This document shows, piece by piece, positions 1 to 8,952 of a stretch of 64,000 nt of DNA (position 1 is the stretch's first letter; each line of letters begins with the position of its first letter). The notes under the pieces are model-generated. The model was given only the letters and a program-made list of their open reading frames with translations. It was not told the DNA's origin and did not search any database. The position numbers and the translations under genes were made by a program. This DNA comes from Terrimicrobiaceae bacterium (GTDB taxonomy: Bacteria > Verrucomicrobiota > Verrucomicrobiia > Chthoniobacterales > Terrimicrobiaceae): assembly GCA_041752695.1 (NCBI GenBank), contig JBGSVZ010000019.1:1-64000 (forward strand), read 5' to 3'.

Positions 1-70
1 CCCCAAGGGCTTCGCCAGCGGCCCTCAGCTTCTTGATGATTTCTTCAGGTGTATGTCGCTTTCTTTTCAT
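1..70 (-). CDS. IS3-family transposase OrfA, N-terminal part (truncated by window edge)
   Basis: Translated by hand: MKRKRHTPEEIIKKLRAAGEALG. Confidence 0.85.
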   Translation of the reverse strand, partial: MKRKRHTPEEIIKKLRAAGEALG

Positions 71-139
71 GAGATTTTGGCGGCGCTTCCGCGCCGCCGA
101 CTCTCATAACTCCTGGATCAACTTTTGGGGAGCACTCCA
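1..139 (-). mobile_element. IS3-family insertion sequence, left end (continues beyond window start)
   Basis: Minus strand begins 5'-TGGAGTGCTCCCCAAAAGTTGATCCA at 139 (TG-starting IR typical of IS3). It is followed by an ORF from ATG at 70 reading MKRKRHTPEEIIKKLRAAGEALG, an IS3/IS407-type OrfA N-terminus. Confidence 0.85.
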
Positions 140-222
140 GCTTCGCCCAGAGGCCGATCCTTGCCATCGCCAAGGAGTTCGAAGAGGGGCACACGAAATT
201 GCGAGACGGGTGGAATGGGCAT
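140..222 (-). pseudogene. Mrr-like restriction protein N-terminus interrupted by IS3
   Basis: ATG at 222, 4 nt after the upstream stop, gives MPIPPVSQFRVPLFELLGDGKDRPLGEA, resembling the Mrr N-terminal winged helix (MxIP..Q...PLL.LL.DG.E). Similarity ends at the IS end at 139. Confidence 0.65.
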
Positions 223-226
223 GGTC

Positions 227-832
227 TTAGGAGGAATAACTGTCCCCGTCGCGTTGGGCGCGGCCGAGGGTGGCGAGGGTTTCGAGGATCTCGGCGATAT
301 CGGCGGGTTTCGCGCTGGCGAAACGGCTGGCCAGCGTGGCCGCGGTGATGGGGGCGGCGGCTTGCAGGGCGGTCTCCACAGCGCGCACGCGCTCGGCGAG
401 GGTGCGCGGCCAGGGGGTCTTCGTTTTGGAAGACGGACGGCTCGGAGAGCCATCCCTACCTTCTTTGGTAGCGACTTCTCTCCGAGAGGTCCGTGATTTC
501 CCGGCGGGGAGATCGAGGGCGGGTTGGGCGGGCGGGTTTTGGTATTCGGGGCGCAGCCAGCGGATGTGACCGTTCGCTTCTTCTTCGGCGCGCTGGGCGT
601 TGAGAGCGACGAGGCGGGTGAGGATCTCGGCGTCGAGGGCGCGTTCGAAGGCGGCGATGGCGGTGTCGAAGCCTTCGGGCGTGGCGGCCAGTTGGGCGGT
701 CGCCCCGGTTTGGAAATCGTGGATGCTGCCTTTCTGGGCTTCTTCGTGCCATTCCCAGAGGTCGTTCCACCCGTAGGCGGCGAAGACGGCCGCATCGAGT
801 TCGTGGTGGAGCTGGCGCAGCACGGAGACCAC
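227..832 (-). pseudogene. C-terminal remnant of MmeI-like type IIL restriction-modification enzyme
   Basis: VSVLRQLHHELDAAVFAAYGW...EILTRLVALNAQRAEEEANGHIRWLRPEYQNP...PWPRTLAE is the characteristic C-terminus of MmeI-like fused R-M proteins. No MTase core upstream. Confidence 0.8.
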
Positions 833-838
833 CTTAGT

Positions 839-1771
839 TCAAAACCGGATCACCAGGACTGGATCGGTTTCACACGCGAGCACGATCTCATTATACCGGG
901 TCAAAATCGTCGTCAGCGTTGTCTTGCACTCCCCAGCTTGGAAGAGACTGCGCTCATAAACATTTGCCGTGAGGAACTGCGTAGCGTCGATCACGTCTAT
1001 TCGATCTTTCCACTCCGTAGATTTAAGCAAATACGCAGCGCCTTCCACTCCATCCGAGAGCGTCACGATCAAGGGTTTCAATCCAGTTTGAAGATTCTTG
1101 GCGGTTTTCCGAATCAACGCCTCCGTAGGATGAGTCGTGACATGAATTGCCACGCCATTGACTTCAAAGTCGGCTTGCCGCTCCGTAGAGTGATCCGCAA
1201 CCGAAAATCCGTGATGTTTCGCGATATTGGTTCCAAGAACAATGTCGAGTTTTGCCCCGACCAAGTGCTGAAGCATTGCTCCCACAAAGTTCGCACCGCC
1301 TGAGTTTTTCTGAATATCCGCCGCCTGATCGAAAAGATTGGCGAGATTGGCGGCGACCGACTTTCCAGTATCAAAACTGAATTTCGGACCCTTGCTGGCA
1401 AAGTGCAATCGGACTTTCTCAATCCACCAGTCCAAAACTGATTTTAAATCGAGAGGGCCGCATTTCGCGTGGAGAGAGTTGAGCACATTCACGTATGCCT
1501 TCATTAATCCAAGGCTTCCTCGACTGGTTCGACCGCCCTCCTCTGCCAACACTTTAGTAATTCCGTAACTCGCAAGAATTGCCTGCACAGCAGCCTTTCC
1601 GAGCCCAGCCACTTGTCCCCCTTCATCCGTTCGGAGCGATTCTGGCTTAATTGGCAAACCTCTCTCTTGGGCTGCTTTCGTCACAACGAGACCGACACAC
1701 AGACCTCCTTTGTTGAGAAACTTGCGATGCTCCAATGCAAGCGACTCAAGCTGCCTATTATATGCGCTCAC
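839..1771 (-). CDS. DUF4928-family protein, putative type II restriction endonuclease
   Basis: EGGRTSRGS, GAMLQHLVGAKL, ADF...AIHVT motifs. Overlaps the MTase stop; AT-richer than the flanks. Confidence 0.75.
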   Translation of the reverse strand: MSAYNRQLESLALEHRKFLNKGGLCVGLVVTKAAQERGLPIKPESLRTDEGGQVAGLGKAAVQAILASYGITKVLAEEGGRTSRGSLGLMKAYVNVLNSLHAKCGPLDLKSVLDWWIEKVRLHFASKGPKFSFDTGKSVAANLANLFDQAADIQKNSGGANFVGAMLQHLVGAKLDIVLGTNIAKHHGFSVADHSTERQADFEVNGVAIHVTTHPTEALIRKTAKNLQTGLKPLIVTLSDGVEGAAYLLKSTEWKDRIDVIDATQFLTANVYERSLFQAGECKTTLTTILTRYNEIVLACETDPVLVIRF

Positions 1772-2946
1772 GGTTTATTACTGGCTCGACGAGGTCGGAC
1801 ATAGCGGCCTGATTTTTGCGCAGAAGGCAACGCCATCGGAATGTCCTGCATTTCTTCGAGAAGGGGATTCAAATAATTCTGCGCGATCCATTTGATTGCT
1901 GGGACACAAACGGCGTCTCCAAAACCAAACAGTGCCTGATTCAATGGGACATTAATTTTGTAGTCAGCCGCGCCCATCAGGCGAGCGCATTCTCTCGGAG
2001 TGAGCAAACGCACACGATACGTTCCTTTGCCTGCGCAAAAAAGGATCTGCCGCCCACTTCCGCCTCTCGGAGTGCGCAGACAGCCCGCAATCCCATCCGT
2101 GCGAAGTTCTCCCATGGAACGCCCGTTTCTCACTCGCCGAAAAACGGTGCCATGAGAAAGCTTCGATCCGCGAATCATCCGGTCCGCAGCCGCTCGATGC
2201 TTTTCACTCATCTGATTCAAGAGGTATTCGCAGCGCTCTTTTGACCACCATATCTCAGAATTGAGAGGCACATCTTCAATGACATCTTCAAGTCGAAGCG
2301 TGGAAGGAGGTAAGGGAGGCAGGGTTCGAATCGACCATCCTATGGTCGGATTAAGGAAAATGAATTCTGCGAGTGCCACCGGGCGAACATCACTCTGCAG
2401 TAGCAGGGGGGACGTTTCCCTCACCCGTTCAGACTTCGCCTTGCTTCCTACAACAAATAGCCGCTGACGACTCTGTGGAACAAATCGGACGGCATCGAGA
2501 ATGAATGCATCTACCGCATAACCCAGCTCATTGAGTGCAGCCAATGCGTCATGAAAATCGTTTCCATCATTTGAGGTCAAAAAGCCAGCAACGTTCTCCA
2601 GTAAGACAAGAGGCGGGCGACGTCTTCCCATACCTTTGAGAGCATCAATAAATCCCCAAAATGCAGATGACTGAGTTCCCGCAAGCCCGTGTCGGGAGCC
2701 AGCGAGAGAGAGGTCGTTGCAAGGGAAGGACGCTGTTGCCAAATCAATATCAGGGATGTCCTTGCCATCTACTTTATGAACATCATCCAATACGAACTCG
2801 CAGGCACCGTCGGTAAAATTGTCCCGATACATCTCCCACTTTTTCTCATCGAGATCGTTCGCCCATACAGTGGTCCAGCCTTCCTCATCCAGCCCCATCC
2901 GCATGAGGCCAATACCGGCGAAGAATTCTGCTGCGCGTTTTTCCAT
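1768..2946 (-). CDS. DNA (cytosine-5)-methyltransferase
   Basis: Motif I FFAGIG, motif IV FPCNDLS, motif VI ENV, motif VIII QSRQRLF, motif IX/X RLLTPRECARLMG...FGDAV. Confidence 0.95.
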   Translation of the reverse strand: MEKRAAEFFAGIGLMRMGLDEEGWTTVWANDLDEKKWEMYRDNFTDGACEFVLDDVHKVDGKDIPDIDLATASFPCNDLSLAGSRHGLAGTQSSAFWGFIDALKGMGRRRPPLVLLENVAGFLTSNDGNDFHDALAALNELGYAVDAFILDAVRFVPQSRQRLFVVGSKAKSERVRETSPLLLQSDVRPVALAEFIFLNPTIGWSIRTLPPLPPSTLRLEDVIEDVPLNSEIWWSKERCEYLLNQMSEKHRAAADRMIRGSKLSHGTVFRRVRNGRSMGELRTDGIAGCLRTPRGGSGRQILFCAGKGTYRVRLLTPRECARLMGAADYKINVPLNQALFGFGDAVCVPAIKWIAQNYLNPLLEEMQDIPMALPSAQKSGRYVRPRRASNKP

Positions 2947-2961
2947 GATTGTAGTGATCAA

Positions 2962-3213
2962 TTAATGCACCCTTTCAAGGATGACAACCTCGTTCACATT
3001 CCATTCGAGGTCGATGCGGCCCTCGGAGGAAGTGCCGTCGCCGCACGGGATGCGGACGGGAAACTCGAAGGTGTAGCCGGTGGTGTGGGAATTCGCCGGA
3101 CGCGGAACGTCGAGAAGGTCGGCGAGTTCGACGAGGAATTGTTGGGCGTTGGCGCGTTCGGAGGCTTCGGCGGCGGTCCAGTGGGCGAGGAAGGTGTCGA
3201 GAGCGTCGGACAT
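2962..3213 (-). pseudogene. N-terminal remnant of MmeI-like type IIL R-M enzyme (native sequence ~3007-3213) fused to a short foreign tail
   Basis: MSDALDTFLAHWTAAEASERANAQQFLVELADLLDVPRP...YTFEFPV...DGTSSEGRIDL matches the MmeI nuclease-domain start. It breaks after GRIDL, before the expected ExK, then runs 14 unrelated codons to a stop. Confidence 0.8.
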
Positions 3214-3350
3214 GAAAGGCATCGCAGCGAAAAACCCGGGTTTTACCGGGAAACGCGGGATTGGGGAACGGGAATCTTCGATCTGCCAGCCCGGGACCCC
3301 GCCCGTCGAGTGAGCAATTCCCCTCCCCGTCCTGCTTCGTGCCAGGCAAA

Positions 3351-3755
3351 TCAAAAACCGGGCGGCATCACCACGGGGATGGTTTCGCGGCGGTTGCGGC
3401 GATACACTCGAAAATCTCCATCCACGGTGATGACGGGCATTTTTGGGTTCAGTTCGCTCAGACGGATCAGGCACAAGTCCGCCAGGTCGGGCTCACGGTC
3501 GGCATAACGCCTCGCCATCTCCGCAATTTTCAGGCGCTCGCTTTTGAGGTCGAAAGCCAGCCGCACCAGCCCGGTTTCGACCAGTCCAAGGGTCAAGGCG
3601 GTGTTCCTGAGATGATACGCCGTCTCGGCCAGCACGGCCTCACAGGTGAGGAGAGGTTCATGCACGTTCTCAGCAAGGGCATGAGCCCAAGAGAAAAATT
3701 CATCCCGCCGGTTGGCGAAGGCCACCAAAAAACCGGTGTCGGCGATGCCAGTCAC
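3351..3755 (-). CDS. PIN-domain (VapC-like) toxin
   Basis: IADTGFLVA, EAVLAET, DLADLCL, ITVDGDF acidic PIN motifs; overlaps the antitoxin stop. Confidence 0.9.
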   Translation of the reverse strand: MTGIADTGFLVAFANRRDEFFSWAHALAENVHEPLLTCEAVLAETAYHLRNTALTLGLVETGLVRLAFDLKSERLKIAEMARRYADREPDLADLCLIRLSELNPKMPVITVDGDFRVYRRNRRETIPVVMPPGF

Positions 3756-3961
3756 TTCGCAAAACCCCGTTTACGGCTTAGACCGGGTTCGCCTTCGATG
3801 CTTCCCGCCAAATCGAGAAATGGCTGGCGGGCTTTTCTCGTGCGCGAAAGCTCCAATTGCTCGCGAACAACCCGGCTCTTGGGCAAACCCGTCCGCTTCG
3901 CTTCCTCCTCCAGCCATTGGCCCAATTCTTCCGGCAAGCGGATCGTGAGTGTGTTACTCAT
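3752..3961 (-). CDS. Ribbon-helix-helix (CopG-like) antitoxin
   Basis: MSNTLTIRLPEELGQWLEEEAKRTGLPKSRVVREQLE, 69 aa, directly upstream of the PIN toxin. Confidence 0.85.
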   Translation of the reverse strand: MSNTLTIRLPEELGQWLEEEAKRTGLPKSRVVREQLELSRTRKARQPFLDLAGSIEGEPGLSRKRGFAK

Positions 3962-3966
3962 TGTGG

Positions 3967-3997
3967 AACTGTAAGACATTTTTATGAAACTGCAAGA
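3967..3997 (-). promoter_or_regulatory. Putative promoter/operator of the vapBC pair
   Basis: Minus strand TTGCAG-N16-TACAGT, 6 nt before the ATG. Direct repeat AACTGYAAGA at 3967 and 3988 overlaps both boxes. Confidence 0.5.
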
Positions 3998-4072
3998 TAA
4001 GCGGGCCCCTCTACTGTTCACCACCGCTTCCCTTGGCTTGACCTTTCGGCGCCGCGCAAGGAACCTCCCACC

Positions 4073-4591
4073 ATGCTCATTTCCCAAGCGCTCAACGAAA
4101 AGATCAACGAACAGGTCGGCTACGAGTTCGCCGCCAGTATTCAGTACACGGCCATCGCGGCGCATTTCGACGCCGAATCGCTCCCTTTTCTTGCGCAGCA
4201 TTTTTACAAACAGGCCGCGGAGGAACACATGCATGCAATGAAGTTTATCAAGTTCCTCATCGACGCCGGGGCCCGCGTGGAAATTCCGACCATCACCAAA
4301 CCGGTGGCCAAGTTCACCTTCGCCGAGGACGCGGTGAAACTTTCGCTCGAACAGGAGATCAAAGTCACCAACCTGATCAACGGCCTGATGGACGTCGCCC
4401 TTAAGGAGAACAACCACATTGCCGCAACCTTCCTGCAATGGTTTGTCACCGAACAGCTCGAAGAGGTCAGCTCAATGGACCAGCTCCTCAAGATCATGCA
4501 ACGCGCCGGGGAGGCCAATCTGCTCCTGATCGAACAATACCTCGCGGGCAACAAACGCGCCGGTGGAGCCAAGGAAGAAGCCGGGGAATGA
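4073..4591 (+). CDS. ftnA: Ferritin
   Basis: LNEKINEQVGYE, QAAEEHMHA, EQEIKVT, FLQWFVTEQLEE ferroxidase pattern. Confidence 0.9.
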   Translation: MLISQALNEKINEQVGYEFAASIQYTAIAAHFDAESLPFLAQHFYKQAAEEHMHAMKFIKFLIDAGARVEIPTITKPVAKFTFAEDAVKLSLEQEIKVTNLINGLMDVALKENNHIAATFLQWFVTEQLEEVSSMDQLLKIMQRAGEANLLLIEQYLAGNKRAGGAKEEAGE

Positions 4592-5121
4592 ACAACGCGA
4601 TCACCACCCTCCGCGACGTCGAAGTCTCGCGCATTCCGAGCGGCGAAAAAATCACCATCCCGGCCGAGACTCAGGTCGTCATCACCCAGGCCCTCGGCGG
4701 TTCGTTCACTGTCCTCGTGCCGAGTCAGGCTGGACTCTTTCGCATCGAAGGAAACGACGCCGACGCCATCGGCCAGGAATCGCCCGCCGAACTCGCCCAG
4801 CCCGCCGACGGGAACCTGGAAAATGCCGCGTGGGCCCAACTCAAAACCTGCTTCGACCCCGAGATTCCCGTCAACATTGTCGATCTCGGCCTGGTCTATT
4901 CCCTCGACATCAAAACCAGTGAAGGCCAAGCGAGTGTCACGGTGCAGATGACTCTCACCGCGCCCGGCTGCGGCATGGGACCGATCATCGCGAGCGAAGC
5001 GCGCCAGAAAATTCTCACGATCGACGGCATCAGCGACGCCGCCGTGGAACTCGTCTGGGATCCGCCATGGTCGCCGGACCGCATCAGCGAAGAAGGCAAA
5101 CAAAAACTCGGAATGGTTTAA
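4588..5121 (+). CDS. sufT: Fe-S cluster assembly protein SufT (DUF59)
   Basis: ITQALGGSFTV, DPEIPVNIVDLGLVY, MTLTAPGCGMG, VWDPPW; ATGA overlap with ferritin. Confidence 0.9.
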   Translation: MNNAITTLRDVEVSRIPSGEKITIPAETQVVITQALGGSFTVLVPSQAGLFRIEGNDADAIGQESPAELAQPADGNLENAAWAQLKTCFDPEIPVNIVDLGLVYSLDIKTSEGQASVTVQMTLTAPGCGMGPIIASEARQKILTIDGISDAAVELVWDPPWSPDRISEEGKQKLGMV

Positions 5122-5135
5122 CCCAGTTTCCCCCC

Positions 5136-6635
5136 ATGATTTTTCTCGGCATCGACTGCGGAACGCAAAGCACCAAAACCATCGCGCTGGATTGGGAATC
5201 CGGACAGATCCTCGCCTCCGCCCAGGAGGCGTATGGATTTGTTCCGGGCCTGCCCGCCGGAGCCATGGAACAAAACCCCCAGGACTGGGTCAACGCGGCC
5301 GATAAAACCATCTCCGCCGTGCTCGCCGAACTCGGGCCACGCAAGGATGAAGTGCGCGGCATCGGCGTGAGCGGCCAGCAACACGGCCTCGTCGTCCTGG
5401 ATGCGAAAGACGAAGTGGTGCGCCCGGCCAAACTCTGGTGCGACACGTCCACGACCGCCCAATGCGAAGAAATCACCCGGCATTTCGGCGCCGAAAATGC
5501 CGTCATTGCGCTGGTGGGCAATACGATGCGCCCCGGCTACACCGCGCCCAAGATTCTTTGGCTAAGGCAGAATGAGCCCGAAAATTGGGCACGCACGCAG
5601 AGTGTGCTGCTGCCCCACGACTACCTGAACTTCTGGCTCACCGGGGTGAAGCGGATGGAGTTCGGCGACGCCTCCGGCACCGCCCTGCTCGATGTGGAAA
5701 CCCGTGAGTGGTCCACCAAGGTCGTGGATTTCATCGCGGACGATCTGCCCGGAAAACTCCCGCCCCTGAAGTCGTCCAAAAAATCCCACGGTCATTTGCG
5801 TTCCGAACTCCGTCGCAAATGGGGCCTGGCCAAGGCACCCGAAGTGAGCGCCGGCGGCGGCGACAACATGATGGCCGCCATCGGTACCGGCAACATCCAG
5901 ACCGGGGTTGTCACCGCGAGCCTTGGCACGTCGGGAACCCTTTTCGGATTCTCCACCACGCCCGTGGTCGATCCCCGCGGCGAGATCGCGGCCTTCTGCG
6001 ACAGCACGGACAATTGGATGCCGCTCGTCTGCACGATGAACCTTACGCTGGTCACCGAGCATCTGCGCAAGCTCTTCACCTGGGACTACGCGGCGCTGGA
6101 AGCGAGCATCCGCTCCGTTCCGGCGGGCAGCGACGGACTCCTCCTCCTCCCCTATCTTACGGGCGAACGCACCCCCAATCTGCCCAACGGCAGCGGCGTC
6201 TTCCACGGCCTCACGCTGCAAAATTTCACCCCCGCCCACATGGCCCGCGCGGCAATGGAAGGGGTCACCCTCGGGCTTGGGTACGGTCTGGCCCGCTTCC
6301 GCGACCTCGGCCTCCAGGCTTCGGAAATCCGTCTCACCGGCGGTGGCAGCAACAGCGCCGTCTGGCGACAGATCTGCGCGGATATTTTCGGGGTGCCCGC
6401 CGTCTGCCTGCAAAGCGGCGAAGGAGCCGGACTCGGCGCGGCCATCCAGGCCGGCTGGGTCTGGAACAAGGAAAACGGTTCCGACGCCCTCCTGGGCGAG
6501 ATTGCCGAGAGGCTCGTGAAAGTGGACGAAAACTCCCGCACCCACCCCGAACCTGCGGCCACGGAGGTTTATGCCCAAGCGCTCGAGCGAACCTCGCGCA
6601 TCCGGCAGGCGCTCCACGGCGCGGGTCTGCTGTAG
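5136..6635 (+). CDS. xylB: Xylulokinase (FGGY family)
   Basis: LGIDCGTQSTK, GVSGQQHG, AKLWCD, GGGDN, SLGTSGT, GERTP, LTGGGS. Confidence 0.9.
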   Translation: MIFLGIDCGTQSTKTIALDWESGQILASAQEAYGFVPGLPAGAMEQNPQDWVNAADKTISAVLAELGPRKDEVRGIGVSGQQHGLVVLDAKDEVVRPAKLWCDTSTTAQCEEITRHFGAENAVIALVGNTMRPGYTAPKILWLRQNEPENWARTQSVLLPHDYLNFWLTGVKRMEFGDASGTALLDVETREWSTKVVDFIADDLPGKLPPLKSSKKSHGHLRSELRRKWGLAKAPEVSAGGGDNMMAAIGTGNIQTGVVTASLGTSGTLFGFSTTPVVDPRGEIAAFCDSTDNWMPLVCTMNLTLVTEHLRKLFTWDYAALEASIRSVPAGSDGLLLLPYLTGERTPNLPNGSGVFHGLTLQNFTPAHMARAAMEGVTLGLGYGLARFRDLGLQASEIRLTGGGSNSAVWRQICADIFGVPAVCLQSGEGAGLGAAIQAGWVWNKENGSDALLGEIAERLVKVDENSRTHPEPAATEVYAQALERTSRIRQALHGAGLL

Positions 6636-6931
6636 CAAAGCATTTCGGAAGGCGGGCAGAATGCCCGCGGTTCTCTGGCTTGAAGGCAGTCCGGCCTTTG
6701 GAGGCTGCGGCCAGCTCCTCCAGAAGGGCCGCCACTTTGGGAGCGGCGGACGGCGTGATCAGTTCCGAGGTGGAACGGCGTTTCCTTCGGACCCGCCACC
6801 AGCCAATGGCGAACGAACCCGCCTGGAGAAGAACTCAACGGAACCGGAATCCGCTGCCCGCATGTGGGAGGTTGCCATGAAAACAAGAATCAGAGTGCGC
6901 CAAGGCGCTCCTTTGATATCCTTTCTCATCC

Positions 6932-6970
6932 AAAAAAAGAGGGCCGCCATTCTACCAAGGAAGGCGGCCC
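6932..6970 (-). terminator. Rho-independent terminator after the PEP-CTERM gene
   Basis: GGGCCGCC...GGCGGCCC stem followed by TCTTTTTTT on the minus strand. Confidence 0.75.
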
Positions 6971-6987
6971 CAAACTTTCGCAAGGCC

Positions 6988-8826
6988 TCAGGCCCGATGC
7001 TGGCGGCGACGCAGGAAGAGCACCGTCATCAATCCGACGCAAACCAACATAGTGGTCGCGGGCTCGGGAACCACGGTCAACACCAGATCCGTTCCGCCAC
7101 CAGCAATGCTGAGGGTTGCGTCGAATCCACTGATCGTGCCGGTCAGATTGGAACCCAGCGTACCGGATATGGTTTGGTTTGTGGAAACCAAAATGTAAAT
7201 CCCGGTATCGAACCCGCTCATCGCGGTGAAATCGAAATCATCCCACTCCAATAAGCCCGCTCCGATGGTCAGGGTGCCGGTGGTCAGGGTCACCATGTCG
7301 CTGGTGGTGCCGAGGTCAAACTTCAGAGCACCGATCCCAGTCGTGATGCCGGCGACGTTAAGACTGGAGCCGAAGGTCAGCACATCCGCGATCCCGTCCT
7401 CACCGGGAGTCAGAATCCCGTTCAACACCGTGGCACCGGCGATATCTCCCCCGCCGCCGAGAGTGCCGGCAGCCCCGACACTGACACCGCCTGTCGTGCT
7501 GGAGATCGAACCATTCACGAGCAGAGTCCCTGCACTCACTGTGGTCGTTCCCGTGTAGGTGCTCACGCCATTGAGAACAAGTGTTCCCGTGCCTGTTTGC
7601 ATGGTGATGCCCGTCGTTCCAATGAAACCGGCATCAAATTGAGTGCGGTTGTTGACCGCGAACCTCTTGTTCCCCGTTCCCAATCCGATGCTGGTCGTGT
7701 TCGAGAAGGTGAGGTTTCCGTTGAGCGCTGGAGTCGCCGATCCGAAGTTGTACACGGAATTCCCCGTCCCGACCAAAGTCACCACATTGGCCACCGTGCG
7801 GGCCGTCGTGTCAGTGCTGCGAATGCCGGATGCCTGATCATTGACGCCAAAGATGAGAGTGCCGGTGCCAAGAGCACCGTCATTTCCCAGAGCAACCGTG
7901 CTTCGCGTGACAGCCACTGCTCCCGAGAACGTAGAAGAATTGTCATTGGTGATGTTCGTCGTTCCATCAATGTTCGCGAGGTTGAGAGTCCCACTTCCCA
8001 CGACCGCGCCGCTCAAGGTCAACGGACGATTGCCCGACACCGACAGGGTATTCGTCCCCAGGTTCAAACTTCCACTAATGACGATGGCGGAGTTCGCCGC
8101 GGAACCCAAGGCGATCGTTGACGCCGACTGAAGATTGACCGGTCCGGTGAAGGTGCTGGTGCCGCTCACCAGGCCGAGGGCGCCCGTGCCGTTGAGATTT
8201 ACCGTATTGGCAATGGTGATGGTATTCTGGACCTGCAATCCGGCTCCCGCGCTCACCGTCACAGCCCCGGTTCCCAGGGAAAAGCTGCTCCCGGTTCTCA
8301 GTGTGCCAGTGGTGATAAACGTACCGCCGCTGTAGGTGTTGGACCCGCTCACCGATAGAATACCCGTCCCAGCCTTGGTCAGGCCGCTCGTTCCAGAAAG
8401 GCTTGCTGTGATGGAAGCCAGGGAGTTGAGACCCAGCGCATTTACGGTAACCGTGGGAGTCGCGCCTTGCAAAGTCAGGGCATTGGCCGCGGTGCCCGCA
8501 ATCACCCAGTTTCCCGATGTTGCTGTTCCACTGTCGCTGAAAACCAAATTGCCGATGGTCAATGGAGCGGTCAGCGTTGCGGTCCGGGAAGCCGTGATGT
8601 CATTGGTGAAGTATGCCGTGGAACCGGCCCCTTCCGCCACAACACCGCCCAGCCAGGGAGCGGTGTTGGATAGGATCCAGTTGCCGCTGGCGTCGGTATT
8701 CCATGAACCATCCGCCGCCTGAGCGCCGGAGACCGCCAGCAAGGCGGACGCCGAAAGCACTGCTGCGTTTCGCAGATTAAACCATAACATTGAGCGGGTC
8801 TGAACGGGGGAATACGGAAATTTCAC
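6988..8826 (-). CDS. PEP-CTERM surface protein with autotransporter-associated beta-strand repeats
   Basis: Signal peptide; LTKAGTGILSVSGSNTYSGGTFITTGTL-type repeats; C-terminal VPEP + TM helix + RRR. Confidence 0.9.
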   Translation of the reverse strand: MKFPYSPVQTRSMLWFNLRNAAVLSASALLAVSGAQAADGSWNTDASGNWILSNTAPWLGGVVAEGAGSTAYFTNDITASRTATLTAPLTIGNLVFSDSGTATSGNWVIAGTAANALTLQGATPTVTVNALGLNSLASITASLSGTSGLTKAGTGILSVSGSNTYSGGTFITTGTLRTGSSFSLGTGAVTVSAGAGLQVQNTITIANTVNLNGTGALGLVSGTSTFTGPVNLQSASTIALGSAANSAIVISGSLNLGTNTLSVSGNRPLTLSGAVVGSGTLNLANIDGTTNITNDNSSTFSGAVAVTRSTVALGNDGALGTGTLIFGVNDQASGIRSTDTTARTVANVVTLVGTGNSVYNFGSATPALNGNLTFSNTTSIGLGTGNKRFAVNNRTQFDAGFIGTTGITMQTGTGTLVLNGVSTYTGTTTVSAGTLLVNGSISSTTGGVSVGAAGTLGGGGDIAGATVLNGILTPGEDGIADVLTFGSSLNVAGITTGIGALKFDLGTTSDMVTLTTGTLTIGAGLLEWDDFDFTAMSGFDTGIYILVSTNQTISGTLGSNLTGTISGFDATLSIAGGGTDLVLTVVPEPATTMLVCVGLMTVLFLRRRQHRA

Positions 8827-8952
8827 AATCGTGACCCTACCAACGAATCACCTGTCGTGTTAATCCATTCCCGACCGAAAATGTGCCGATCTCTGATCGT
8901 ACCGCGGAACAAACTTCGGTGGCAGGGACCAATTTCAGCCTCAACCCGCCGC

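Noticed and set aside
788..3021. 11-bp inverted repeat GGCCGCATCGA (788-798) / TCGATGCGGCC (3011-3021) near the cassette junctions
   Set aside because: Both copies lie inside the MmeI remnants and encode conserved residues (LDAA, GRID), and one is ~35 nt from the junction. Probably chance in GC-rich DNA, not transposon ends.
4073..6635. Ferritin-sufT-xylB apparent operon as a novel functional link
   Set aside because: Ferritin-sufT is ordinary iron biology, and xylB adjacency most likely reflects gene packing.
6759..6930. Short minus-strand ORF with signal-like start (WRTLILVFMATSHMRAADSGSVEFF)
   Set aside because: Could be a decayed secreted-protein gene, but it is short, follows a terminator and has no recognisable family motif.
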